Positions 9,355 through 18,050 of a stretch of DNA of 64,000 nucleotides are shown in pieces. This stretch comes from Dehalococcoidia bacterium (GTDB lineage: Bacteria > Chloroflexota > Dehalococcoidia > SZUA-161), in contig DUEY01000004.1 of the NCBI GenBank assembly GCA_011174795.1, positions 101-64,100 on the forward strand. The letters run 5' to 3'. The position numbers were made by a program, and so were the translations under genes. Each line of letters begins with the position of its first letter. Position 1 is the first letter of the stretch. Under the pieces are notes generated by a model. It ran no database searches. It was not told where the DNA came from and saw only the letters and a program-made list of their open reading frames with translations.

Positions 9355-12037
9355 GGGGCTCAGCCCTTTCTAGCTTCACCGCACATGCTTTTAGCGCCGG
9401 GGTTTTAGTCCGGGGGTCGAGGGTGATGCCGAATAGCTGGTTGACAGGGGTTGAGGGGAACGAAAGGGGCATGAATAGCATTCCCTCAGGCATCGTATCG
9501 GTGATTTTGGCTACAGCGTTTACCTCACCTATGGGTGAGATGACCTTAACCGATTCACCGTCACTGATTCCGACCTGCCCGGCATCCGATTCTCCGATTT
9601 CCACATAGGCCTCCGGCGAAAATGCTCTCAGCCTAGGGGACCTGGAGCTTCTAGAGCCGGTACCTGAATGGTAGAGTATGCTCCCCACGAGCAGGGTGAG
9701 AGGATACCCATCTTTGGGCATCTCCGCCGGCGGCTCATAGTGTACCGGGGAGAAGCGACCGAATCCGCTTGGAAATTGACCTTTGTACAGGCGCCTCTTT
9801 TTCAAAGGGTCTCTGTCCAGTTCCGCTCGATGTATATCCTTTGTCTGAGAATCTCTGTAGTCTGTAATCTGATAAAGGGAAACCATCTCCTGAATCTCGT
9901 CCATAACTTCCTGGAGGGAGGAATACGGCATCGGGTTACCCATACTGCTGGCCATCCGGTTAATTATCTCCCAGTCTGGCAGGCTGTCGCCGAGCGGTTC
10001 GATAACCTTATGTAGCTGCTGAACCCTCCCTTCGAAATTGGTAAAAGTGCCTTCCTTTTCGGCGAAGCTGGCAGCAGGGAGAACCACGTTTGCCAGTTTC
10101 GCCGTTTCGGTGAGGAACATATCGCTTACTACAAGGAAATCGAGGGATTCCAGCGCCTGCTTAACGAGAGAAGGGCTGGGGAAGCTCAATACCGGATTCT
10201 CTCCCACAATGCATATGCCCTTGACATTTCCATCTTTGGCCTGTTCCATCACCTCGAGGGCTGTCAGTCCGGGATTAACGGGCAAGTCGGTGCCCCAGCG
10301 GTCTGCGAACCTCTTTCTTTCCGCGTCATTATCCACGCTCTGGTAACCGGGTAGCAAATCGGGCGTGGTACCCATATCACATGCACCCTGTCCATTGCAG
10401 TACCTCTGCATCGCAAAGATGCCGCCCGTGATACCGATATTGCCGGTCAGCATCGCCAGATTGGCAAGTGCCATGACGCTGTCCGTCCCTGTTACATGCT
10501 GGGTGATTCCGTTGCCATAGACGATTGAAGCGAGGGTTGCTTCAGCAAAAAGCCGGGCAGCGCGACAAACATCTTCGCCGGGTACGCCGGTAACCTTTTC
10601 TACGTACTTAGGAGTATATTTCTTTAAATCTTTGGTCAGCGCCTCGAAGTTATCCGTTTTCCTGGTTACGAACTCATCATCCAGCAGGCCCTCATTGATA
10701 ATGAATCGCGCCATGCCATTTATCAGCGCCACATCTGTTCCTATCCTGGGTCGCAGCCAGAGGTGGGCAAATGATGCGAGCCTTGTTTGTTGAGGGTCGA
10801 CCAGCAGTAGCTTGGCACCTTTATATCTGGCTGCTCGCTTGACGGCATATCCCACGATAGGGGCTGAGGCGGGTAGGTTAGCGCCGATAACCAGTATCAC
10901 CTCTGACTGCTCGAGGGCATCGAGGCAGTTGGTGCTGCCGGCGAAGCCTACAGCTGCCCCCAGGCCTGCGATGCTTGCTGCACTGTACAGACGGCTGCTG
11001 TTGTCGATATTGTTGGTGCCCAGTACACAACGGGCCAGCCTCTGCAACAGGTAGTTCTCCTCGTTCGTGCACCGGGAGGAGCCGAGGACAGCCAGGCTGT
11101 TGGAGCCGTGAGCTTTCTTTATACGATTTAGTTCGGAGGACATGTGGTCTAGAGCCTGTTCCCAGGACACTGCCTCGAAATCGCCGTTCACCCTCATCAG
11201 GGGGCTTGTCAGTCTCTCCGGGCTGTGCACGAAATCGTAGCCATAGCTTCCCCTGACGCAGAGTGTGCCATGATTAACGGTACTCTCTTTGCCCGGTCTG
11301 GCACGCACTATCCGGTTATCCCTGACACCGAGATTGATACTGCATCCACAGCCGCAGAACGGACAGATGGTTGACACATTGGTCGGGGTTGTGCCCCGGT
11401 ATACCGGCTGCTTCTCCATGAGTGCGCCCGTGGGGCAAATTGCCACACAGGTGCCACAGAAGGTACACTCCGAATTCTCCAGCGGCATGTCATTGAGAGT
11501 TGCTGGCTTTGAGGCAAATCCCCGGTTGATATAGTCGATAGCGCCCTCGACGACCATCTCCTGGTCTGCCCGTATGCACTTGGCGCATAGAATGCACTTG
11601 CTTAAATCCCTTTCAATGAACGGGTTGACCTCTTCGATAGTGGCTGGCTGGGGAATCCGCTGCATGTCTATCACCCCGATCCCGATATCCGAGGCGATCT
11701 TGCGCAGTTCGCAGGTATTTCCCTTGTCGCACACCAGGCAGCTATCGGGATGGCTCGACAGCATGAGCTTGATTATAGTAGTGCGGCGTTCCTGTACCTT
11801 GGGTGATTCCGTGTTGATCACCATTCCCGCTTCTATAGGAGTGACGCAGGACGCCGAAAGCCTGCCTGAGCGTTCGTCTTCAACAAGACAGATACGACAG
11901 GCGCCAATCGGTGCCAGACAGGGGTCATGGCAGAGCGTGGGTATGTCGACGCCTGATTCCCGTGCCAGTTCCAGCACGGTCATGCCGGTATGGCCGCTGA
12001 CCTCTCTGCCGTTAAGCGTAATAGTGATTGCTTCCAA
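9347..12037 (-). CDS. FdhA/FdsA/NuoG-like molybdopterin-oxidoreductase-fold subunit with N-terminal [2Fe-2S] and [4Fe-4S] domains; the canonical formate dehydrogenase active-site residues appear substituted
   Basis: TTG start. N-terminal motifs are CHDPCLAPIGACRIC, HPDSCLVCDKGNTC, CILCAKCIRA and CTFCGTCVAICP. The MopB cluster is CPFCGCGCSI...GTLCVRG, and QGACDMG is conserved. See the findings for the Tyr at the Sec/Cys position. Confidence 0.8.
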   Translation of the reverse strand: MEAITITLNGREVSGHTGMTVLELARESGVDIPTLCHDPCLAPIGACRICLVEDERSGRLSASCVTPIEAGMVINTESPKVQERRTTIIKLMLSSHPDSCLVCDKGNTCELRKIASDIGIGVIDMQRIPQPATIEEVNPFIERDLSKCILCAKCIRADQEMVVEGAIDYINRGFASKPATLNDMPLENSECTFCGTCVAICPTGALMEKQPVYRGTTPTNVSTICPFCGCGCSINLGVRDNRIVRARPGKESTVNHGTLCVRGSYGYDFVHSPERLTSPLMRVNGDFEAVSWEQALDHMSSELNRIKKAHGSNSLAVLGSSRCTNEENYLLQRLARCVLGTNNIDNSSRLYSAASIAGLGAAVGFAGSTNCLDALEQSEVILVIGANLPASAPIVGYAVKRAARYKGAKLLLVDPQQTRLASFAHLWLRPRIGTDVALINGMARFIINEGLLDDEFVTRKTDNFEALTKDLKKYTPKYVEKVTGVPGEDVCRAARLFAEATLASIVYGNGITQHVTGTDSVMALANLAMLTGNIGITGGIFAMQRYCNGQGACDMGTTPDLLPGYQSVDNDAERKRFADRWGTDLPVNPGLTALEVMEQAKDGNVKGICIVGENPVLSFPSPSLVKQALESLDFLVVSDMFLTETAKLANVVLPAASFAEKEGTFTNFEGRVQQLHKVIEPLGDSLPDWEIINRMASSMGNPMPYSSLQEVMDEIQEMVSLYQITDYRDSQTKDIHRAELDRDPLKKRRLYKGQFPSGFGRFSPVHYEPPAEMPKDGYPLTLLVGSILYHSGTGSRSSRSPRLRAFSPEAYVEIGESDAGQVGISDGESVKVISPIGEVNAVAKITDTMPEGMLFMPLSFPSTPVNQLFGITLDPRTKTPALKACAVKLERAEPHG

Positions 12038-12107
12038 TGGCAGCCTCTATTAAACCCAGGGAATAGGGCTAGCTGTATGGCCCGAAACGCAACATAGGGA
12101 ATTAAGC

Positions 12108-12917
12108 TCAGCCAGAAGCTGGAGTAGGTCTTTCCAGACGCTTTCCTACGTAATGTACAGCCCTTATAGCATTCACCAGCTGTGAGCTGGCAGCCCGCTT
12201 GGGGATGAATCCATAAGCTCCCAGCTTCTCGGCGGCAAGTATGTTCTCCTCATCGTCATACTGAGATAACATCACAACTCTGGTTTTCGGATATTTTTTA
12301 TATATCTGCTTGGTCGCCTCCAGCCCGTTCATTTCCGGCATAACTATGTCCATTATCACAATATCCGGTGATAGCTCGCCCACCTTGTCCACTGACTCTT
12401 TCCCGTTCTCAGCTTGACCGACAACCTCGATGTCACTCTGCAATTCCAGCACTGACCTGATACCATCCCTGACTACCGAGTGGTCATCCACTATAAGCAC
12501 TCTTATGCGCTTAGTAGCCTTATCCAGAATGCTCTGGGCCCTCGAGGCCAGCGCACCTGGCTCTATTGGCTTGGCCACATAGTCCTCGGCCTCCATCAGC
12601 GCCGCTTCATCTCGCCTCCACCCTTTGACAAGTTGCTTTTCCGGTGGTGCATCCATGACGATGATGGGTAAATCCTTGGTCTTGGGATCCTCTCTCAGCC
12701 ACTGGTGCATTGCGAAGGCTTCCCCACGGGGACTCAGTGTACCCAGGATTACCAGGTCCGGGTTAATCGTCTTCATCATTTCCTGGGCTTCTTGCTTGGT
12801 GGAGGCTGTTACGACCTCACACACGTCGCTCTCCAGAGCGCCTTTCAAAGTCGAAGCAAACTCAGGTTCGTCATCGATAATCAGGATCTCTTTCTTCTCT
12901 TCTTGCTTTTCTCCCAT
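12108..12917 (-). CDS. Tandem-receiver protein (REC-REC, no output domain)
   Basis: REC1 is ILIIDDEP...PDLVILGTLSP...YVAKP, with Gly where the phospho-acceptor Asp is expected. REC2 is VLIVDDHSVVRDG...DIVIMDIVMPEMNG...VVMLSQ...GFIPK and looks canonical. A GGAGGTGG RBS is present. Confidence 0.85.
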   Translation of the reverse strand: MGEKQEEKKEILIIDDEPEFASTLKGALESDVCEVVTASTKQEAQEMMKTINPDLVILGTLSPRGEAFAMHQWLREDPKTKDLPIIVMDAPPEKQLVKGWRRDEAALMEAEDYVAKPIEPGALASRAQSILDKATKRIRVLIVDDHSVVRDGIRSVLELQSDIEVVGQAENGKESVDKVGELSPDIVIMDIVMPEMNGLEATKQIYKKYPKTRVVMLSQYDDEENILAAEKLGAYGFIPKRAASSQLVNAIRAVHYVGKRLERPTPASG

Positions 12918-13059
12918 GATCCACCTCCCACTAGCTGCTTTTTTCTATTGTAGTATTTATGATATGGCGCCTTTTTCATCGCGGGAATAGGGGCTTTCCC
13001 CTGAATATGGGAGGATTTTACCTTGAATCACAGGGGATAAAGCCCGACCGTCGAACGAT

Positions 13060-13095
13060 AAACGGAGGGCGAACCTCGGGGTTCGCCCTCCGTTT
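13060..13095 (-). terminator. Stem-loop downstream of the response-regulator gene
   Basis: aaacggagggcgaacc-tcgg-ggttcgccctccgttt gives a 16-bp perfect stem, 20 nt past the stop at 13116. The U-tract is weak. Confidence 0.5.
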
Positions 13096-13115
13096 GCGTT
13101 GCTGCGAGAGTGGGT

Positions 13116-13769
13116 TCACATGCCTATGATTCCCCGCCGTATGGCATACTTAACCAGTTCTATTGTACTGTGAACACCCAGCTTTTTCATGAGACTGGTT
13201 CTGTGCCCCTCGACCGTTTTTGAGGTTATGGATAATGTCTCCGCTATCTCTCGCGTCTTGTATCCTTCGGCAATTAATTTCAGCACGTCTCGCTCTCTAT
13301 CGGTCAACTGTTCATAAGGATCGGTCTTATCCTGCGTGAGCGCCAGTTGCTGGTAGTCTTCCACAAAAAGCTTTGCTATGGAAGGTGACAGATAGGATTC
13401 CCCTGCAAACACCGCCCGGATGCCGGACATAAGCTCGGAAGAGGCTGCCGTTTTGCTGACGAATCCATTGGCTCCGGCCTGGATAGCGGGGAAAACGTGT
13501 TCTTTATCGTCATACTGGGTAAGAACCAGGATCTTTATCTCAGGGAACTCCTTATGTATACGGCGTATAGCTTCCAAACCATTCATAACAGGCATGGCCA
13601 TATCCGTAAGTACGACATCTGGCAGTAGTTTGCCCGTCTTTTCCAGTGCTTCCCTTCCGTCAGCTGCCTCGCCCGCTACCTCTATATCTCCAGCGAGGGC
13701 AAGCAGTGTACAGATGCCGTCTCTAACGACGGTGTGGTCATCTACTATCAGTACCCTTATCTTCAGCAC
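13116..13769 (-). CDS. NarL/FixJ-family response regulator (REC plus LuxR-type HTH)
   Basis: VLIVDDHTVVRDG, DVVLTDMAMPVMNG and a C-terminal LTDRERDVLKLIAEGYKTREIAETLSITSKTVEGHRTSLMKKL. Confidence 0.9.
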   Translation of the reverse strand: MLKIRVLIVDDHTVVRDGICTLLALAGDIEVAGEAADGREALEKTGKLLPDVVLTDMAMPVMNGLEAIRRIHKEFPEIKILVLTQYDDKEHVFPAIQAGANGFVSKTAASSELMSGIRAVFAGESYLSPSIAKLFVEDYQQLALTQDKTDPYEQLTDRERDVLKLIAEGYKTREIAETLSITSKTVEGHRTSLMKKLGVHSTIELVKYAIRRGIIGM

Positions 13770-15060
13770 GCTCTTTACCCCAAAACACCGGCACTTTCAC
13801 TGTGATCTTGGTGCCCTTCCCGGGTTGTGACTGGATATCGCACGTGCCGCCGAGAAGGTTCGCCCTTTCTTTCATACTGAACAGTCCCCGCCCGCGGCCG
13901 CTTTCATCCACCTCAATCGGTCTTGATGCATCAAACCCTATACCGTCGTCCTCGATTTGCATTATGAACTCGTCCGAATCGCACTTCACATTTATTGTTG
14001 CGTTTTTAGCCTTTGAGTGCCAGGCTATATTTGCGATTGACCCCTGGGCGATGCGGTAGAGTGCGAATTCGACTTCTGAAGGTAAGCGTTCCTCCAGACC
14101 TTCGTAGTTCAAGGATAGATTGATGCCTGCTGGCTGAAGACGACTCTCGGCGTATTGGCGGATTGCGGGACCCAGCCCGAGGCTATCCAGAGCAGTCGGC
14201 CGGAGCGACTTCATTATTTTACTTATCTCAGAGCCGAGCTGAAGGGTGATATCATGGGCTTTACCGAGCTTTTCTTTGAACGCGGCATCGCCGAAGTTAG
14301 AGGCGTTAGCGACGTTCAGAAGTGCCTGCATGGTGAGTGAAAGACCGGTCAGCGACTGGCTGGTTTCATCGTGAAGTTCGCGGGCAACCCTGCCCCGCTC
14401 CATTTCCTGAGCAATCAACATGTAACGGGCAAGAAATCGGTAGTTCTCCCGTTCCTTTCTCAGTTGGTCATAGAGCTCCGCCTGCTCAATAGCAACACCT
14501 ACTTGGTCGCCGATTGCGTGCAGCAGATGCATATCGTCTTTGGTAAAATGGCGGGGCGAATGGCTGGCAACGTTTAGTACGCCCAGCACCGTGTCTTTGG
14601 CACGGAGTGGGACACTGATGAACGCCTTGAGGCCTTCTGTGCTTATCAGGTCGCGCCAGGCAGCGCGGGGGTCTGCGGAGATGTCTTCGAGAAGCACGGA
14701 CTTGCCGGTTTGAGCTACCCTTCCCGCAATCCCTTCACCTATGCCAAGGTGCATCTCCTCGGCATATTTATCGGACAGACCACGATAGACCCGGTAGGAG
14801 AGCGTCTGGGTTTGTTCGTCTATAAGCAGGATTCCTCCCACAGCTCCGTTCATAATCTCAAGAACGGTATCGAGAGCGACATTAAGGACGGCGTCGAGGT
14901 CCCACAGACCGCTGACTGCGGCCGAGACTCTGCTTAAGGCTAGAAGCTCGCCGTACGGCTTTTGTAGACTGCTTTCAGAGGCTTCTTCGTTTAACTGTAG
15001 GCTATCCTTCTCAGGGGTGGACTCGATATCCCCATCGCTTTCTGGTTCCATCCTCATCAT
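13738..15060 (-). CDS. GAF-domain sensor histidine kinase (HisKA_3 plus HATPase_c)
   Basis: H-box ARELHDETSQSL. The ATPase region reads DDGIGFD...GRGRGLFSMKERANLLGGTCDIQSQPGKGT, and a GAF-like region lies upstream. The start is ambiguous (ATG at 15105, 15060, 15057 or 15051). The ORF-track extension to 15501 overlaps the thiolase gene and is rejected. The gene overlaps the regulator start by 32 nt. Confidence 0.75.
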   Translation of the reverse strand: MMRMEPESDGDIESTPEKDSLQLNEEASESSLQKPYGELLALSRVSAAVSGLWDLDAVLNVALDTVLEIMNGAVGGILLIDEQTQTLSYRVYRGLSDKYAEEMHLGIGEGIAGRVAQTGKSVLLEDISADPRAAWRDLISTEGLKAFISVPLRAKDTVLGVLNVASHSPRHFTKDDMHLLHAIGDQVGVAIEQAELYDQLRKERENYRFLARYMLIAQEMERGRVARELHDETSQSLTGLSLTMQALLNVANASNFGDAAFKEKLGKAHDITLQLGSEISKIMKSLRPTALDSLGLGPAIRQYAESRLQPAGINLSLNYEGLEERLPSEVEFALYRIAQGSIANIAWHSKAKNATINVKCDSDEFIMQIEDDGIGFDASRPIEVDESGRGRGLFSMKERANLLGGTCDIQSQPGKGTKITVKVPVFWGKERAEDKGTDSR

Positions 15061-15218
15061 CTTTATCTCAGTGAATGCGATAAGCGTAAACGAAGCGCTC
15101 GTCATTGTCAACTTGTGCCCGCAAAATCTGCGCTGCGTTACTTTGGAGCAGGTAAAAAGAATCTGCCCAAGGAAACCCTTGGGCAGATTCTTTATTATAT
15201 GCCTTAGCCGCTCTGATT

Positions 15219-16397
15219 CTAGAGGCCGATGATGAGCACGCTGACGGTATTGCTTACGGGAATGCCACCCAGGTTGTGGGTCAGGCCCAGTTTCGGGTTT
15301 TTTATCTGCCGCTCGGCAGCTCTCCCCTGACACTGAAGGTACACCTCGTACAGCATCCGCAGACCGCTGGCGCCGATGGGGTGGCCGAATGATTTCAGGC
15401 CGCCATCGGGCTGCACCGGCAGGCCTCCATCCAGGTTGAAGAAACCCGACTCTATATCCGCCTTCACCTTGCCCCTCGGGCTGAACTCGAGGTCCTCGCA
15501 CGTAACGGCCTCGGTGATGCTGAAGCAGTCGTGAAGCTCGGCCATACTTATCTCTTCGCGGGGCTTGGTAATCCCGGCTTCGGTATAGGCAGCCTTCCCT
15601 GCTTCAACGGTTGCCCTCACCTGGGTGAAGTCGTAATCGGCTCTCAGTTCGCCCTCGCTGGGGCACACGGAAATCTGCAGCGCCTTGACATAAACAGGGT
15701 CGGGCCTGAACTCCTTTGCCCGGTCGGCGGGGACGACGATAGCCGCTGCTGCTCCATCGCTCACGCCGCAGCAATCGAAGAGGCCCAGGGGCCAGGCGAC
15801 TATTGGAGCGTTCATCACTTGCTCTATGGTTACCTCCCTGCGCAGGTGAGCCTTGGGGTTCAAAGTGCCGTTGTGATGGCTCTTCACCGAGACCGTCCCT
15901 ATCATCCTTTTACCTTCCTCGGGGCTCAAGCCATATACGGAGAAGTATGTGGTAGCCATCAAAGCAAACATCCCGGGCGCTGTTCGGTCAGGGTACCTGT
16001 TGCTGGGCAGGCTCTGCTGGTCGGGAAGCCCGCTGTATCCCGAATCCTTCAGCTTCTCGAAGCCGACGGCAAGGCATATATCGTAGGCTCCGGCTGCTAC
16101 AGCGTAGCAGGCGTTTCTGAAAGCATCCGAACCCGAGGCGCAGGCGTTCTCCACCCTGGTCACCGGTATATACTGAAGCTTCAGAGGGTCGGCGAGGCAG
16201 CGTCCGTCAAAGCCCGATACCCAGGTGCCGCCCCAGGCCGCCTCGATATCTTTGGGCTCTATCTTTGCGTCTTCGACAGCCTCTTTAGTCGCTTCGAATA
16301 TCAGGTCGTTCTTGCTCGCATCCCAGCGCTCGCCGAACTTCGTGCATCCCATGCCTATGATGGCAACTTTATCTCTAATGCCTTTGACGCTTCCCAT
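15219..16397 (-). CDS. SCP-x / archaeal / PhlC-type thiolase-like protein (copy 1)
   Basis: DKVAIIGMGCTKFGE, nucleophile motif VENACASGS, ELHDCFSITE, GHPIGASGLRM. An AAGGAGG RBS is present. Confidence 0.85.
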   Translation of the reverse strand: MGSVKGIRDKVAIIGMGCTKFGERWDASKNDLIFEATKEAVEDAKIEPKDIEAAWGGTWVSGFDGRCLADPLKLQYIPVTRVENACASGSDAFRNACYAVAAGAYDICLAVGFEKLKDSGYSGLPDQQSLPSNRYPDRTAPGMFALMATTYFSVYGLSPEEGKRMIGTVSVKSHHNGTLNPKAHLRREVTIEQVMNAPIVAWPLGLFDCCGVSDGAAAAIVVPADRAKEFRPDPVYVKALQISVCPSEGELRADYDFTQVRATVEAGKAAYTEAGITKPREEISMAELHDCFSITEAVTCEDLEFSPRGKVKADIESGFFNLDGGLPVQPDGGLKSFGHPIGASGLRMLYEVYLQCQGRAAERQIKNPKLGLTHNLGGIPVSNTVSVLIIGL

Positions 16398-16435
16398 GTA
16401 GCCTCCTTAACTTGTTTCTTCCGGATAAATTTGCA

Positions 16436-16508
16436 CCGTTCGCCCTGAGCCTGTCGAAGGGAGCCTTATGAAGGGCCGTTCATGGTTCGACAAGCTCACC
16501 ACGAACGG
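16436..16508 (+). repeat. Solo, degenerate copy of the palindromic core of the MITE-like element (copy A)
   Basis: ccgttcgccctgagcctgtcgaaggg[agccttatgaagggc]cgttcatggttcgacaagctcaccacgaacgg. It matches the cores at 18104-18159, 24114-24170 and 40694-40751 but carries a 15-nt internal insertion. Confidence 0.7.
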
Positions 16509-16511
16509 CAT

Positions 16512-17936
16512 CTAACACCGTATCGGCGTACACTTCCACCAGTAGTTGTGGATGCCCTCGAAGAAGTGGACCTTTCTGAAGGACACCTCCACCTCCATGC
16601 CGGTCTTTACATCGTCGGGGTCACGGTCCACCATATTGAATATAATCCTTCCGCCTTCTTCGAAATCGACCGCTGCGATGGTAGTCGGCGGGTCGATGCT
16701 GGCCGCCAGGTTGTCATGGGAGAAGGTATTAATCTTGGCTTTCTTTCTGGTGAAGTCGTAGGGCTCGAAATTATCCTGAGCCTGGCAGATGACACACACA
16801 CGCTGCGGCGGGTACTGGGGCGTTCCACAGCTCTTGCATCTGACCCCGTGCAGAGAAAGCCCCCAGTCCATATCCCTCCACAGCGCCGGCACGGATATGT
16901 GATTGATCGGGGGTCGTGGGGGCGGCTCGGTTTCCATCAGGCCGCGCCACTGCACGTACTTCAGGTAGTTCGGTATCATCTTCTTCGATTCCAGGTGACG
17001 CTTTATGCCTCTCCTGTCTTTGATTTTCTCGATGCCCTCGGTCACCTTGAGAATAAACACGTCGCAGCCATCGCCGTAGCCGACACACATGAGGTTGTCC
17101 CCGGCCTTGGCGTCCTCCAGCGATGCTACCAGCATCATCAGGGGAAGGGCGGACCCCGTATTGCCCACCGTCATGTACAGCGGATCCTGGAATTGGGCCA
17201 TGGGGTCAAACCCCATCTTTCCACCTGCCATGCCGAGCAGCCTGGGGTCGGGCGCGTAGATCGCGGCCTTCGTGATATCGCCTGGAGCCATGTTGTATTT
17301 CTGCAAGCCGGCGGCAACCGATGCGGGAACGATACGAAGGTAGCCGGCCTCCCGGACGAACCGCTCCTCCCAGAAGCGGACGAAAGTATCCTTGTCGGAG
17401 CGCCACATATCGTGGAACTCCTGGAATGCGTGATAGCTGCCGACAGCCTCAACCGCGACGTCGGATTTCGACACCAATAGGGCGGCTGCCCCATCGCCGA
17501 ATGACATCTCCTTGTCCCCGTTGGGGGCACCCATCCTGGTTTCCCCACAGGCAACCAGCACACAGCTTGCCGACCCCGCCTCAACGGCGTCGAGGGCTGC
17601 CCTCAGGGCATTGGTCCCTGACCTCAGGGAGCCGGCGAAGTCCATGGTCATCGTCTCCCTGCTCAGACCCAGCGCGCCCGCTACTATTGATGCCGCCTGC
17701 TTCTCCTTGTAAGGCGAGGTGGTCGAAGCGAAGTACAGACGGTCGACTTTCTGGGGGTCGATACCGGTCAGGCAGTCTCTGCCGGCTGCGACGGCCATTG
17801 TTATGCTGTCTTCGTCGTAGCTGGCAACGGCCTTCTCACCGGGAATGGGCAGCATACTGTCCCATGCATTCTTGATATCGGGGCGGCTTAGCCTGTAAAG
17901 GGGTATATAAGCGCCATACGATGCAATCCCTGCCAT
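16512..17936 (-). CDS. HMG-CoA-synthase-like (thiolase-fold) domain fused to a C-terminal DUF35 zinc-ribbon/OB-fold domain (copy 1)
   Basis: The start is placed at MAGIASYGAYIPLYRL (aa 54 of the ORF) with an AAGGAGG RBS. The C-terminal Zn ribbon is CKSCGTPQYPPQRVCVICQ. The N-terminal ORF-track extension runs into a repeat element. Confidence 0.8.
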   Translation of the reverse strand: MAGIASYGAYIPLYRLSRPDIKNAWDSMLPIPGEKAVASYDEDSITMAVAAGRDCLTGIDPQKVDRLYFASTTSPYKEKQAASIVAGALGLSRETMTMDFAGSLRSGTNALRAALDAVEAGSASCVLVACGETRMGAPNGDKEMSFGDGAAALLVSKSDVAVEAVGSYHAFQEFHDMWRSDKDTFVRFWEERFVREAGYLRIVPASVAAGLQKYNMAPGDITKAAIYAPDPRLLGMAGGKMGFDPMAQFQDPLYMTVGNTGSALPLMMLVASLEDAKAGDNLMCVGYGDGCDVFILKVTEGIEKIKDRRGIKRHLESKKMIPNYLKYVQWRGLMETEPPPRPPINHISVPALWRDMDWGLSLHGVRCKSCGTPQYPPQRVCVICQAQDNFEPYDFTRKKAKINTFSHDNLAASIDPPTTIAAVDFEEGGRIIFNMVDRDPDDVKTGMEVEVSFRKVHFFEGIHNYWWKCTPIRC

Positions 17937-18050
17937 TGAGCCTCCTTTTCGCGACTTTCGGTCATTATTATAACAGCGCGGCCACTCGCTCACAATCCCC
18001 CTCAGCTTCCCGCCGGATACGGATGTGCACGCCATGGGAGGGCCAGAGGA

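Noticed and set aside
9347-12037. Selenocysteine-containing formate dehydrogenase (in-frame TGA plus SECIS)
   Set aside because: The ORF is uninterrupted and the aligned Sec/Cys position is a TAC Tyr codon, so there is no recoding event here.
15061-15501. N-terminal 147-aa extension of the histidine-kinase ORF
   Set aside because: It overlaps the 3' end of the thiolase gene (15219-16397) in another frame and has an Arg/Pro/Gly-rich composition. Kinase-like sequence begins only after the internal Met cluster around 15060.
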